Origin: the human T2T-CHM13v2.0 reference genome, Homo sapiens
Length of the DNA stretch: 64,000 nucleotides
Direction: 5' to 3' (one strand)
Assembly: GCF_009914755.1 (NCBI RefSeq)
Contig: NC_060929.1
Below are positions 42,206 to 59,130 of this stretch, piece after piece. The notes under the pieces are model-generated. The model was not told the DNA's origin. It made no database searches and saw nothing but the letters and a program-made list of their open reading frames with translations. The stretch's first letter is position 1. Each line of letters starts with the position of its first letter. A program made the translations under genes and the position numbers.

Positions 42206-44111
42206 AAAGAGTGCCCATTTTATTTTCAATCACTTGGATAAATGGGATTAAAGAAAATACAGTTATACTAAAGGAATTTTCTACTACTCAGTTGCCAGTA
42301 GAGTTATGCATGAAGAATTCTTATTAAGTCAAAAGAGAGCAGAATATATTTGAAAGCAGAGTTGACCCCCTTCATTCGGTTTAACGAATGGAAATACTCA
42401 AGATTCAGGTCACTATGGGCCCTTTTCCCTACTCAAAAAGAGACCCTCCCTATTAATAACCATTAGAATGCTCCACATTTTTAAGTTTGCAACATCATGG
42501 CCTCATTGCAAATTGGGTATTTAGGGAAAACTACATTTCCTTCCAAGGAAAATGTTTTAAAAATGCACAATTTCTCTATCACGCATTTTTTAAATAAGAA
42601 GAAGAGAAAATCTAACTGTTTTGCAACTAGGCTCAGGCAACTGCCCAGGCAGCCTATAGAACTGATATCAACAGTTTTATGCCTGTCAGAAAATCATTCT
42701 AAAGACTTTTTTTAATCTGAAAAATAACATCATCACTGTGGATTCCACCCTGAAATCCGAAGGCAGGAATTACATTGTGTTGTTAAAATGTTAGCAAGTG
42801 CATTTCATTTTTTTAAAAGGCAATGTAGTTTTCCTGAAATAAAGAGCTGATTATATCTCTTATTACTGTTACAAGAATTTGATATATCACAAAGTGAAAG
42901 TTACAGCATGTGTCAACTATCAACCAGGAAAAATGAACCTGATTCATAATTCACTTTGATAATGTCTAGTTAGTTAATCAAGTGATTTGTAATCATGAAG
43001 GCTGCCAGAAATTGAATGAAGAATGGGACACAGTAAAATTCTTAGGTTTTTTTTTTTTTAGTATTCTTATTTCGTTATGTGACTTTTATTGCCATTTTTG
43101 ATCACTGTTTCTCAGCAGCACAAATTAAATCACACATATTTACTTAGAAGTTTTTGACTACTAAATAGACTAAGGATACACAAGTTGAATGACCAGAGTA
43201 TATAATGTCTTCCTACAAAATTAAAGGTTTTAGTGTTTACAGCTTGAACAGGAAAATTTCATTCCTTCCAATCTCCTCCTCTCTCTCCCCATTTTATTTG
43301 AATTATTTAGAAAATACGCCACTCATTCTAACTCAGTATATTTCTATATATTCTAAAACAAGTAAAATCATTTAACAGAACCTAGTTAATACCAGAAACC
43401 TTAAGCTTCCTTTTAGTATCTTCATTGTAATTCCTCAGTTAAAACTATATTATAATACAATAGTCAAAGAACATTTAACCTCTAATTAATAAAATCTCAG
43501 TAAATAGACAAAATATAAAATCAACTTATAGCCTGACATATTACTAAAGGGGTAATGTGATAAATGAGTGTTTTTCAAAGTGTAAACTACTGAGCCATGT
43601 AAGAATGTGCCATTCTGACAATATTGGCCATTATAAGCTTTTTCATCAGCACTGCATGACACAGAACTACACAGCTTTAAAGTAAATTGAACTTTAAATA
43701 TGATAACAAATGGGCTCCTCCTTTGATTTACTCTTCATAATTTTCAAGCAGAAGGGTCCTTTTCCAACTTTAGACTGATTATAAGACAAGATCTCCTTAG
43801 GGAAAGTAATAGAGTTCTTAAGTTCCATTATACTCATTATTGAAATCTAATATTTATTTTTTAAATTCAGCTGTATAAACTTTGTGGGTAAATTTCCAAT
43901 AATAAATGCTTGGTTTTTCAAAATAACAAAATTCCAGACACACATTATACATTGACTCCAAGAAACTAGTATAATTATGGTGAGACCTTGGGAAAGATAC
44001 TGTTTTCCACACTGAATATTCCCTGAAAAGCGTAGCAGCACTCCACTTGGGAATTCACGTTATCACCATTATCAGACCAACTGCTAGAATCACCTTTTCT
44101 TTCCTATTTAG

Positions 44112-44550
44112 CTTATTCATTCATTCATTCCACAAATGCTCATTAAGCTCCTACTCTTGCCAGGTATTATGCTAGAAATTGGGGATATAAAGATGAATTT
44201 AAAACATAGTCTTTGTACTTGCCCTTAAGAAATCTACAGTCTAGTAAGAAGAAGACATAAGTAAATAAGAACAATGAAATACAGGCTCTAGAAGAGATCT
44301 ATATCTTGGAAATGTCAGTGACAGAGGTCAGTAGAGGACTTCAAAGTGTTCACCAAGCTCAATCTTGAATGAAAGTTGGTACCTATCAGGGAGCAAAGAG
44401 GAAAGACTATAATGGTAAGAACGAGAATATGAATGAAGCCAAAAGTGCAAAATACCTTATCATGGTAGGATAAATACAAGCTAGTCAGTTTAACTGGGGT
44501 TTAACATGTAAGAAGTACATGTTACATGTTGGGTGGTAAGGGAAAAGGCT
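44112..44550 (-). mobile_element. L2
   Basis: (ttca)n then cacaaatgctcattaagctcctact...ccaggtattatgctagaaattggggatataaagatgaa. Confidence 0.75.
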
Positions 44551-45207
44551 GCCAGAAGCCTCTTTCAAAAACATTTCATATTGATGGTTAGGCTAGTTAT
44601 AATCAGGTGATGTCATGTACTTGTAGGATAAGGATCCTCTTCCTCATAACTAAAAGTAGTTTTGACTTCAGTGAGCATCAGTCCTACAAATTTTTGACCT
44701 TGGGATTTGTTTATACTGTAAAGAAGAAAAATTGAAAGATAATAACAATTACAAAAAAAAAAAAAAAGGACACGAGCAAAGCAAGACTGTAAAGAAAATT
44801 TACTTTGACAACCTGACAATGGTGATAACTCAAGTGAAAGCAACTAGAATAAAGAGGGCCAAAGCAACATAAGTGACTGTAGCAAGTTACTTACACATAC
44901 ACACACATATGTATATATACTTCATGATTATATAAGATTTGGTCAAATTATAAATGTAATTAGTACAGCAAAATGAAGTTATGATTATTAAATACTATCA
45001 AATTATATTGACCCTGAACTGCAGATAGCTATGTAGATATACTACTGACTCTTGTAGTAATATTAAATATATAGAAGTCAAGCACTATGTCTCTGGAATA
45101 GCAAACTTGCAACAAGCATTAACGATGGCCACCCATTGACTGACTAAATAACCTATTTGAAAATGGAAGAGAATCTTTCCTGAAATTTCCTGATATCAGT
45201 AATACAC

Positions 45208-45467
45208 TTTTTTTTTTTTTTTTTTTTGGAGACACAGTCTTGCTCTGTCACCCAGGCCGGAGTGCAGTGGCGTGATCTCACCTCACTGCGACCCCTGCCT
45301 CCCAGATTCAAGCAATTCTCGTGCCTCAGCTTCCCAAGTGAAGTGTTTTTAGTACAGACAGGATTTCAACATGTTGGCCAGGCTGGTTTCGAACTTCTGG
45401 CCTCAAGTGATCTCGCCTTGGCCTCCCAAAGTGCTGGGATTACAGGCATAAGCTACCACACCTGGCC
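45208..45467 (-). mobile_element. AluS with ~45-nt internal deletion
   Basis: Poly-T; junction cttcccaagt|gaagtgtttttagta lacks the start of the right arm; TSD-like agtaatacact / agtaatatatt. Confidence 0.9.
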
Positions 45468-45841
45468 TAGTAATATATTTTTAAAATAAGTATACAACAT
45501 ATGTGATCAATATCACTCTTTTCTAATCAGTATGTATTCAAATAAGAGTCATGAATTACAAGTTAGCTGGCATGTGTTATAAGGAATGAGAATGGAGATG
45601 ACAGAAGCTACTCAAACAAATTTTAAGTATATTCACAGATAACAAATTATAACTTCCTTTATTTTTCACTGTTGTGCTGATTTCTTTGTTGTCCTTTGGG
45701 TTCAAGTAATGAAGCATCATGGTTCAACATTCCAATAATGTCTCATAAAACAAAGTTTAAGACAAACTGTTGTTTGATAATGCTGCGAAGATAAAATAAC
45801 ATTAACATGATCCTTCATGTATTAAGATGACACTGACTCAC

Positions 45842-45944
45842 CATCAATAGAGATGAGCTGCAAGTTGTTGTTCCATAGTTGACATAGGCTTCCTGATCTA
45901 GCCAATTCTATTGCCAAAGCTCCCCAGTGAATGGCAGCTTACAT
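45842..45944 (-). other. Candidate exon (103 nt) of the minus-strand transcript
   Basis: Acceptor aataatcatcttacag|ATG with an upstream U-rich tract; strong donor ATG|GTGAGT; unique non-repeat sequence. Confidence 0.55.
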
Positions 45945-46899
45945 CTGTAAGATGATTATTACCAGTGGTCACAGAAAATAACAAAATAAAATGATCTATA
46001 CAGAAATAAAACCTATGCCCTTGGTCCCAAACTACCATATTCTGATAAACTTTTAAAAAGTCACAGAAATGTATAAATACTGTATGATTCTTTCATTAAA
46101 AATGATATATGTAGTTACTCTGATCAATTCATTGTAGTCTATATATTACTTACCTAAATATGCAAATAATGAAAGCCTGACCCCCTGCCTCAGAATGTTC
46201 TCAGCTATCTTAACTAAAACGAAGATTGTTTCTGACTTGCAAAATCAGAAGTATATAATGATGATGCTCAAAACATGAAAGCATGCCAACTTTATATCCC
46301 TCATCACCAGTAGCAATAACTGAGGAAATTACAGAATATTGTTGTTAATGTTAGAAATATTCTCTATACCATTAAATGTAATATGACTACAGCCAAAATT
46401 ACTTTGACATTTCCTAGAATTCTGAAAAACACTTCCATTTTTTATGAAGAAAAAATATTTTAGTTACTAGCTACAGTGTTCATTCTTGTTAATACCGAGG
46501 TTTTACAATAAAATAGTTCTACTGACTCCTGATATGGAATTTTATCAGTTTCTAGTTGAATCTCCTTCATAAAGCTGAGAAGCTGATAAAATATTACTGG
46601 AAGACATTGTTTGTAAGTAAAATTAATGTTACATGCTTATTTATTATTTAGAAGAATAAGAAATTAGATTAACAACTTAAAAATTAATAAGAAGCCATTA
46701 AAACTAGATATAAGTAAAACAAAATCACAATGTTAAGTGCCTATGATGAGCAAGGCACTATTTAGAGGTTCTGTGAACAAGTATAAAAATAACAAGGCAT
46801 AGTACATAACCTCAAAGAAATCACAATTTAGATATTATTGAAACATTCTTCTTTCAGTGCTCCATAGTTGTTTACAAAAACAAACAGCTAGATTCTAAC

Positions 46900-47076
46900 C
46901 CAGATCCTCTGTTAGCACAGGAAGGATGATGTGGAAAAGTACAACATCACCTACCACGGCATGGTAGCTACCATAAGGATGCAGCTCTGGGGCTCCTCTT
47001 GCATATGGAAATAAGGAAATTTTAATAGAAATATTGAGAACATCTGCTGCAACCTGTGATGCAGGCCCACTGCCAC
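46900..47076 (-). other. Candidate exon with two donors (122 nt ending at 46955; 177 nt ending at 46900)
   Basis: Strong acceptor ttttatttgtttgcag|GT; donors GTG|GTAGGT and TGG|GTTAGA; more GC-rich than the flanks; open in one frame throughout. Confidence 0.6.
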
Positions 47077-47389
47077 CTGCAAACAAATAAAATTCATTAA
47101 TTTTAAGACACCATATAAACATTTCCAGTCACAATTCTGTTTTAATGGGTCATGCAGCAAGCATATTCTCTTTAACAGCTTTCCATTATCATCCCCCACC
47201 AACTCACCAAAATTGGATGTCTTCCACTAGATTGCAAACTCCTAAAGTTCCTCTTCATTTTGGTTTCCAATTTCTACAACGCCTAGCCGAACAAATAACT
47301 CAGTCTAGTAAGAAATTAAGGTTAAAACTGGCTACTATAATACTCTGTAACCAGTTCTATAATAAGTTTTATAGAAAGTACTACAGATA

Positions 47390-47770
47390 CTAAAAGGAAG
47401 GAAGAACTGGCTTTAAAGAATGAGTTGCTGCTGGACAGAGAGACAAGTACAGAAAAAGCATTCTTAGTGGAAATAAGGTAAAAAGTTAGGGAGGTACAAA
47501 AGGGCACATAATATTCTGAGAATTTCAAGTAGCTTTTTGGGAAAGCAGCAAATAAGAAGACAAAGGCAGGAGAAAGATAACGGAGATGACTTATATGCTA
47601 AAAAGCTGAACCTGTATTCTGACTAAAGGAGTGAAGACAGGAAAGTGAAGTGATCATTAAAAAGATCTTGGCAGCAGTATGAAAGATGGGAGGAAGAACA
47701 AGACTGAAGGCAATGGACTAAATCACACAAGACAAAGCTGGCTTGACCTAATGGTATATGGAGTTATGGT
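47390..47770 (-). mobile_element. Degenerate L2
   Basis: Purine-rich L2-like tract (aaaagatcttggcagcagtatgaaagatgg...agactgaaggca); a further L2 piece lies at ~46730-46830. Confidence 0.5.
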
Positions 47771-48546
47771 GACCCAACTCATCACCAATGACCATTAGGT
47801 CTGTTACCCACTAAGTCTCAAATCCAGGTACATATTTAGACAATACTACAGACACTAATTTATTTTAGAAAACTGTTTATGTAATATAATCTCAATTAAA
47901 AAGTGGCAGGAATTTGACACAGGAATATCAACATGTGAAAATATTAATAATGAGTAGTAGCATTAGAGGTCATGTTTTTCTTCTTGTCATTGATATATTC
48001 CAAATGTTCTACATAATAAAATTAAAAATAAATTCTACAACAATTTCTCGAAGCTGTGATAGCTAAAACTTGCATTAACCCTAAAGAGCCTCACCCAGGA
48101 TCCCTTGACAATATAACTGAGCCCAAAGCCTTCTTCACCACCACAGCTCACTATCCCTAAAGTATTTATTCCTACATCAGGACTTTATCCCATGTTCTTT
48201 CTGCTTCTGTAGCACTCTCTGGCCCCGAATGCCCATCTAAATCTCAACTTCATCGTACTACCAGTTACACTTATCTCAAACACGCATTACCTGCTCCATA
48301 CATTTTTACATCCAATCATATTTAATTTATTGAAAACCATCTTCAGGAGTTCTCCTGTTTGTTCTTCCTACAGTTTTTATATAAGAACAGACTAGTGCAA
48401 GTCAGTCCTATTCCAAAGCAAATGTTCATACATGACCCATTTATGGACATACGCACATATCATTATTCCAACGTTTTGATAAACAAACTTATGTATATAA
48501 CCACTACTAAAGAGTTTTCGAATCTATCTTCAGAAAAGTTGCCTAC

Positions 48547-48984
48547 TGCTATGGGTTGAATTGTTTCCCCCCAAAATATGTTATAGCCTTAACCTCCGAC
48601 TCCTGTGAATGTGACCTTATTTGGAGACAGGATCTTTGCAAATAATCAAGACAAAATCATTAGGGTGGGCCCTAATCCAATGTGACTGGTATCCTTACAA
48701 AGAGGTAGATTTGGACACAGAGACAGACATGCACACAGGAAGAACACCATGTGAAGGCAGAGATCACAGTGATAGACTGTAAGCCACAAAATGTCAAAGA
48801 TTGCCAGCAAACCACCAGAAGCTAGCAAAGAACCATGGAACAGATTCTCCCTCATACCCCTTAGAAAGAACCAACACCTTGATCTCAGACTTCTATCCTC
48901 CAGAACTGAGAGACAATAGATTTCTGTTGAGTCAGTCGCCCAGTTTGTGGTATTTTGTTATAGCCACCATAGCAAAATAACACA
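48547..48984 (+). mobile_element. MLT1C-like MaLR solo LTR
   Basis: tgctatgggttgaattg...gaatgtgaccttatttgga...attagggtgggccctaatcc...aataacaca; TSD cctac / actac. Confidence 0.85.
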
Positions 48985-49671
48985 ACTACTAAGGGAAACC
49001 ATGATTTCTTTTGCTGAAAGTCACTAAAAACAAAAACATTTGTAAGATTACAAATCAAAAAAATATCTTGCTATTCATTTCTCACTCTGGTAGCAAATGT
49101 GCTATTTAATAGCTAAGCCAATCTAGTGCCAAAAACTTCTAAGAATAAACATGATTCATCCTTCATCCTATATAGTATCATTTATACAGACAGCATCACA
49201 TAATCAAACATCAGAGAATGTAATCATTCTATAGATATTAGGATAAGAGAGTAAAATGAAGTTATATAAATTTTTCTTGGTAATGCGTAGAGCTGCTTCG
49301 TGAATTTTCATGCTGTGAAAATGTGATCTGACCCATAATACAACCAAAACATAGTATAATGAGTTACTTGATGAGCAATAATATTGGTATAGACCAGGAA
49401 TGGGCTCTGAAGTAACACATACTTCAATTCAAATCCTTGCTCTGTCACTCACTAGTTACAGGCATATCTTGAAGATATTCCAAGTTTAATTCCAGATCAC
49501 AGCAATAAAGCAAACATTGCACAAAGCAAGTCACACAAATTTTGTTTCCCAGTGCACATAAAAGTTATGTCTACACTATAATGAAGTCTATTAAATATGT
49601 AATTACATTATGTCTAAAAAACTATGTACACACCTTAATTTTAAAATACTTTATTGCTAAAAAAAAAAATG

Positions 49672-51728
<2,057 letters not shown>

Positions 51729-53072
51729 TTTAGCGTTATTAACTGGCACAACACTTTCAATCTTATTGTGTCTCAGGGAATAGGGTGGCCCAAGGAGAGA
51801 AAGAGGAATGGCTGATCAGTGGAGCAGTCAGAATACACACATTTATCAATTAGCTTTGCTGTCTTCAACGGGCTCAATTTGTGGCACCTCAAAACAATTA
51901 CATTACTAATATCGAAGATCACAGATCACCCTAACAGATACTGTAGTAATGAAAAAGTTTGAAATAGTGTGAGATTTACAAATTATGACACAGAGTCACT
52001 AAGTGACACATACTGTTGAAAAAATGGCACCAATAGACATACTCTATACAGGGTTGCCACAAACCTTCAATTTGTAAAAAACGTAGTATCTGTGAAGCAC
52101 AATAAAATGAACCACAATAAAACAAAATATGCCTGTATATGACTTGAGCAAATTACTTAACCATGTTTGAGCTTCAAACTCTTCATCAATAAAATGGTAG
52201 TTTTACATTTTATAAAAACTGAAGAAATTAGATGATATATGAAATGTGCTTAACAGATATTAATAATAATAATAGGGCTTTACTATTTTTATTAAAAGGA
52301 ATGTTTATAAATTAAGGATTTTTTTACACTTCTCTTGGGTAGGAAAAATAATTAAGCAAGCTCATGTAAGAACAAAAGTCTTGTTCACGTATACTGTACA
52401 CAAAATATTGCCTTTGGCTAGTTCCTGACTATAAAATGTAGGACTTTCCGAATTTTAAAACTATTTGTCAAAACTCAAAACACATTCAAAACCTAATCTT
52501 GGAACTAAAATACAAACAGGATCTCAGTGACTTTTGGCTTTGTCGTTGACATTAGTTGGTATGCAGCTTTCAAAGCTCTACAATACCACTCCTTTATTCC
52601 CTCAAATTTGTAAGCTTTAGCCAGTCCAGAAAAACTACCTTTACAATTTAGAGTCATATGAATTTAACTCAAATAGGATGGTATAATCCACTGAACCTTC
52701 TACCAGGAACTAGTGATGTGTTTGTTTATCTCTTTTAAATATAAATCTTGTAAAATATACATCTCAAAAATCAGCTAATTGAAGAAAATACATATTTTGA
52801 ATTCACATACTTCTTTTGAGAAATATTTAAATAATGCAAAACCTAACAAATCACCAAATTCAAAAGGACCTTGTTATATCATGCAAACAATCTACAAAAG
52901 ATACAAATTATATTCCCATATGAATTTCAATACCTGTGAACTGAAATTTGCTCCTATATCTACATATAAAGAAGTAGAAGAAATTGCACAATTAAGTCCA
53001 GAAAGACTGCAATTATTATGGAAAGAATGGTGGTATTTTTGTTAACCTCTTTATCTAAAAGAGCTATCTGAT

Positions 53073-53356
53073 GGCCGGGCATGGTGGCTCACGCCTGTAA
53101 TCCCAGCACTTTGGGATACCGAGGCGGGCAGATCACCTGAGGTCGGGAGTTCGAGACCAGCCTAACCAACATGGAGAAACTCCATCTCTACTAAAAATAC
53201 AAAATTAGCTGGGTGTGCTGGCACATGCCTGTAATCCCAGCTACTAGGGATGCTGAGGCAGGAGAATCACTTGAACCTCGGAGGCAGAGGTTGCGGTAAG
53301 CCGAGATCGCACAGGCAACAAGAACGAAACTCCATCTCCAAAAAAAAAATAAAAAA
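53073..53356 (+). mobile_element. AluSp with ~20-nt deletion near the 3' end
   Basis: gaggtcgggagttc, aacatggagaaac, gttgcggt diagnostics; TSD agctatctg. Confidence 0.88.
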
Positions 53357-53519
53357 GCTATCTGCACTGGTCAAATTTGTTGGAAAATATATCAACAACC
53401 CACTTCTCCTTGTGCAAGAGATAACTATTCTTAGCATCTTTTTAAAAATTTTAGTGAGTTATAAAAATATGTTCAATGCTATAATAAGTTCAACAATATT
53501 AGCATCAGCATCAAAGCTA

Positions 53520-53894
<375 letters not shown>

Positions 53895-54055
53895 ATATTT
53901 ATGAAAACATGTTTTGCCTTTATTCTTAGTGTAGTTCCTAACTTTAAAACAGACTTTGTTAGCTGAGTTTTCGAAATATGAATGTGCTTTTTGCTCAATT
54001 AAACAACATAAAGGTCACTTTTCAGAAAACAATGTTATTTGCAAGGAGATAACTA

Positions 54056-54343
<288 letters not shown>

Positions 54344-54376
54344 TTAAGATACATACTAAATAATACTATAATTTAG

Positions 54377-54674
<298 letters not shown>

Positions 54675-55901
54675 TCAATTCCAAGCATTTTTTCAAAAAG
54701 TGAACAGCAAGGAAAAATTAAATATATTTTCTTTTTATCTTAAAGTCCCAATATAGTAATATTAATAAAAATCACATGAATACATTATATTAAGAAAATA
54801 TAATCCGTTAAATTATTAGCAAAAGACCATATCAATTATTATGGATAGTAATTGGGGCAGGGAGTATGCCTTTATCTACTCCACATGCCTTAAGCATGAT
54901 AAAAACTCAATAAATATGTGTTGAATATCTATACTTCGAGAACAATAAGCACAATGGTCACATAATTCTCCTAAGAATCAAATACAGAAAAATCTTAAAG
55001 AACTGGGCATTCAAAACAGGACATGAACAAATTTTTACATCATGCAAATCTAACATTGGTAAGAGAAAATTCTACCCCTTGTATCCACGAATTGTAAGTC
55101 ACAGCTACAAATTATGTACTGGCTGTGTCAATGGAAAATATATAGCCAATGCTGGTTTTGAAATAATCTCAACTTGGTCTAAAGTGAAGTCATTAAGAAC
55201 TGAGTAGAAATGGTGTATATATTTAAGCCCCTATAATTCTGGGATTATATATGGGCAAGAAAGTAAATTTACCACATTCTGTGTTATTTTTGTTAACACC
55301 ACACCACATCTCTATGGAGAGCTATAATAAATAAGAAAGTGAGGTAACATATATGAACTACACAATGACTATATATTCTTGTGTTTCACTAGGGTCTCTG
55401 GTTTTAGCATTGCTGGTTTAGTGGTTAAGTCTCAATATTCTTACCGCCATTCATCCTGGTTAATATTGTGGTCACGGAGAAAACAGGTTCATCATGGGCT
55501 AGTTTCATTTATCCACACCTTTTCTCTTGAGTTTCATCTACCTGCTGGAGAAACACAGGGAAATTTAATCAGTGTAAAAAATTCCTTATATTACAGATAT
55601 TTGCTGGAATTTTCTATTAGACAAAGAGTTGCTTTTTGAAATATTCTCACACACACCCTAAAGAAGCTTTCCCAGACAGAAATGAAAGAAAGTATATTTA
55701 GTAAGTGTGAGCAAATAAAGCAATGCCTAAATAAAAGGTGTACTGAATACTGGTATCTCAATCACATTAGATCTCTCTTCCCCAACTTAATATACCACGG
55801 AAATTTTCCTATTAGAAGCTGACGAACATGTAAGATAATTTGACCTAAAATACAGACAAATAAATGTGTTACCTGGTCTGCTTATTAAAACACAACTACC
55901 A

Positions 55902-56181
55902 GGCCGGGTGCAGTGGCTCATGCCTGTAATCCCAGCACTTTGGGAAGCTGAGGTGGGCGGATCACGAGGTCAGGAGTTTGACACCAGCCTGGCTAACACG
56001 GTGAAACCCCATCTCTACTAACAATACAAAAAATTAGCCTGGCGTAGTGGCTGGCGCCTGTAGTTCCAGCTACCCGGGAGGCTGAGAAAAGAGAAAGGCG
56101 TGAACCCAGGAGGTGGAGCTTACAATGAGTGGAGATCACGCCACTGTACTCCAGCCTGGGTGACAGAGCCAGACTCCGTCT

Positions 56182-56229
<48 letters not shown>
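55902..56229 (+). mobile_element. AluY-like with pure A47 tail
   Basis: ggctaacacggtgaaa and ggcgtgaaccc...ggagctt diagnostics; A run 56183-56229; TSD acacaactacc (55890-55900 / 56231-56241). Confidence 0.9.
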
Positions 56230-56230
<1 letters not shown>

Positions 56231-57159
56231 ACACAACTACCTGGAGAATACTTACAGCACAGACAAAGCTACTATTAGCAGCGTCACCCACCCTAAAGAA
56301 AATGGTTACTATTATAAGTTCCCAAGTATGCATTTGTAGAAGGAAGCAGTAGTTTATTAAACCAACTTTTTGATCTTGAAGCAACAGATTTGGGAAAAGA
56401 TGGTTTTACAATAAAATATATAACTCCAACCTCCAGTTACATTGCTATTTTTTCATAGGACGGACATGGCACTGTGTGAATATTATGACTCAAGCTTAGT
56501 CATCTCAACTAAGAATGAATTAAATTCGTTAGAGTAAAAACCTGAAAGGGAAAGTACATGCATGTAATTCTAAGTTGCTATTTTTAGAATGGGGTTTTTC
56601 TCCAAAGAGATTTTAAAAATGTATTTCCACATTATTTGTGCTATTTTCACTTTAGTACTCTGGCATATTGGCTACTGAATAGAAACAAGAAACAAGCCCA
56701 TTTTCCAACAGAAGGTCATTTATGATTTGAACATAGTATAAACTACATAAAAAAGGAAAAGTAATTTATTAAAGACCTGCTTGCTAAAACACTGAATTTC
56801 AGAGACATATACATGTAAAAAGACGCTTGTGTTTATGCCCATCCTATTTTCCTGGTATTTAAAGAGATCAAAAAATTAACTGTAGAGTAAGAAGCCTATT
56901 GAAAACCTCATTATATCTAAACTACTTTATTATATTTATTACATTATATCTAAATGACTTTCCAGGAAAGTCCAGAAAATACAGAAGAGCTTCACAGGTT
57001 CTGCAGGACACACAGTATTGTAACCCTATAAGCAGCTTCCAGGCTAATAGGGCTTCAGTGGTTTTTCCCTACAGAAAAGATAGTCCGAGAAAAAAATCTG
57101 TTTCTCTATTCTCTCTCCTCACTCCTTCTTAAGAATAATCAGAAAAAAAATGACAGGCA

Positions 57160-57330
57160 ATGTGGAGTGAGGAAAAGACAACCTTAATGGAAGTCAGGAA
57201 AACTGAGTTTTATTCCCTGCCCTGTGACTTATTATATAGTCTTAGGCAAGTTACTTAGCCTTTCTTGGCCTCTGTCTTTTGTTTGTTTCATTTTGTTTCA
57301 TATGGAACACAAGAAGCACTGAAAAAAATG
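57160..57330 (+). mobile_element. MIR SINE
   Basis: ggaagtcaggaaaactgagtt...cttaggcaagttacttagcctttcttggcctctg. Confidence 0.7.
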
Positions 57331-58719
57331 TTTTAATTACACCTAGAAAGACAGCAGAGACCATAGAGGCCTACCCCCAACTTCACAGGTGAGGACACTA
57401 AAACAGAGAAACATGCCCAGTCATAGGTGATAAGATTAAAAGACTTCTAACAACAGTCACAGCTCCAACATTTAAAAAAGTATTTATTTAAAAAGTATTT
57501 ATTTAAATTTATTTACATCAAATTTTTAGAACATGTAAAAAAAAGTAACTAAGTAGCAAAAAGGATAACTGCCAAATTTAGGATAATTATCTTTTCAAGA
57601 AGCCATAAAGAAATATATTCTGGAAGGCTTCAATTGTACTGTTAATATTTTATTTCTCGAACTGGGTTTGGGGTATATGGATGCTTATTTTTCTTCATAT
57701 ACCATTTTGTATGAAATACTTTCTAGTCTTTTTTTATGTAATCACCAAAACATCTTTAATCAAAAGGTAAAATAAATGAAAACACTTCTCTGGAACTTTA
57801 AAGGTCAATGAAAATAGTTGTGTATGGTTTCAAATATTCTCCTGCTGAGTTTAAAAGGTAAATATCACTGTGTCCCCCAACATAAGAAAAAAAAAGCGTA
57901 ATGTGCTAAAATATATATATATATAACTATTTCTAATCTAACTTAGTAAAATATAAAAGTACTACACAAATAGCACAAAACACAAAATAAATTTTATTAC
58001 TAATAGCATGATAAACCCATTTAAGACTATTGAGAGACATACTTAACAATCTGTACTTTAAATACATTCAAGAGTCACATCTAGTAGCCTAGTGTTTCAT
58101 CGTCAGATTGGCTGGTTGTTTTTATTGAAACAAATAAGAACTGCAATAATTTACCTAAAGTAAGCAAAGGCCTATCTAAATATCTACATAGAACCTATGT
58201 GTAAAAACTAAGTGCCTCCAAAATATCTGAAATTTTCCAACAAGAAAGTACAGGTCATTCAGCAAAATATATTTACTGTATACTACCATAATAGCTATTT
58301 AATTGTTATCATTATGATGTAGATATATAATGGAAACAGATGTTCCTTTTTCCTTTCAGCAAAGCAAAGGGAAAGTATAAACTTGCTGATATTGCATAGA
58401 CTACTACCATAGCACAATAGAGGAAAAAAGACATTAGCACATGACAATATTAGTTTTTACTACACAACTAATTGCATAAAAAGTATAACTTGAGATCATT
58501 AAATCAATATAATTTTCAGCACTACAGAAGAGAAACAAATAGATGTGTATAACCAGCCTATTTCACATCTGCAGTTGGGAAAATACTTCTGACAGATTAA
58601 ATATATGCAAAACGCTACCACTGCTTTCAGAACACAAGAAAAAGAGTGTTGTTCTGTTTTCTTTGCTCATGTAACATGAATTAGAATGCTGCCTCTACAG
58701 AGGAATTTTTTTTAAGTAC

Positions 58720-59130
58720 CAGTATAAATTGGTAGAACCTTTCTGGAAAACAATTGGGCAATCAATATCAAGAACCTTAAAAAACAGTCTATATTCTCAG
58801 TCTAAGTAATTTCTCTTTTAATAACATATTGTAAGGAAATAACCATAGGGATGGCTAAAGATTTATTTAAAATGCTATTCATTACAACTTAGTTTATACA
58901 AATGAAAATTAAACATCTGAGTTGTCTAATAGAGCAATAATTAAAGTAGATATGTTAAAACATTATAGAGTCAATATAAATGACTTTAATAATTTTAATC
59001 ATATTACATTAAATGCTTAGAAGAATAAAGTTTAGAGAAAACCTTATTATACAAAATGGCATTTCTAATTTTTGTAAATTCTGTCTTATGGGCATATACT
59101 ACTTTTATCAGAAAAAGTTATTTTTTCTTT
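58720..59130 (+). mobile_element. Ancient L1ME 3' fragment
   Basis: gtataaattggtagaacctttctggaaaacaattgggcaatc...ttcattaca. Confidence 0.6.

Noticed and set aside
46258-46323. Possible C/D-box snoRNA (ATGATGA...CTGA)
   Set aside because: No terminal stem, no evident guide sequence, and on the strand opposite the inferred host.
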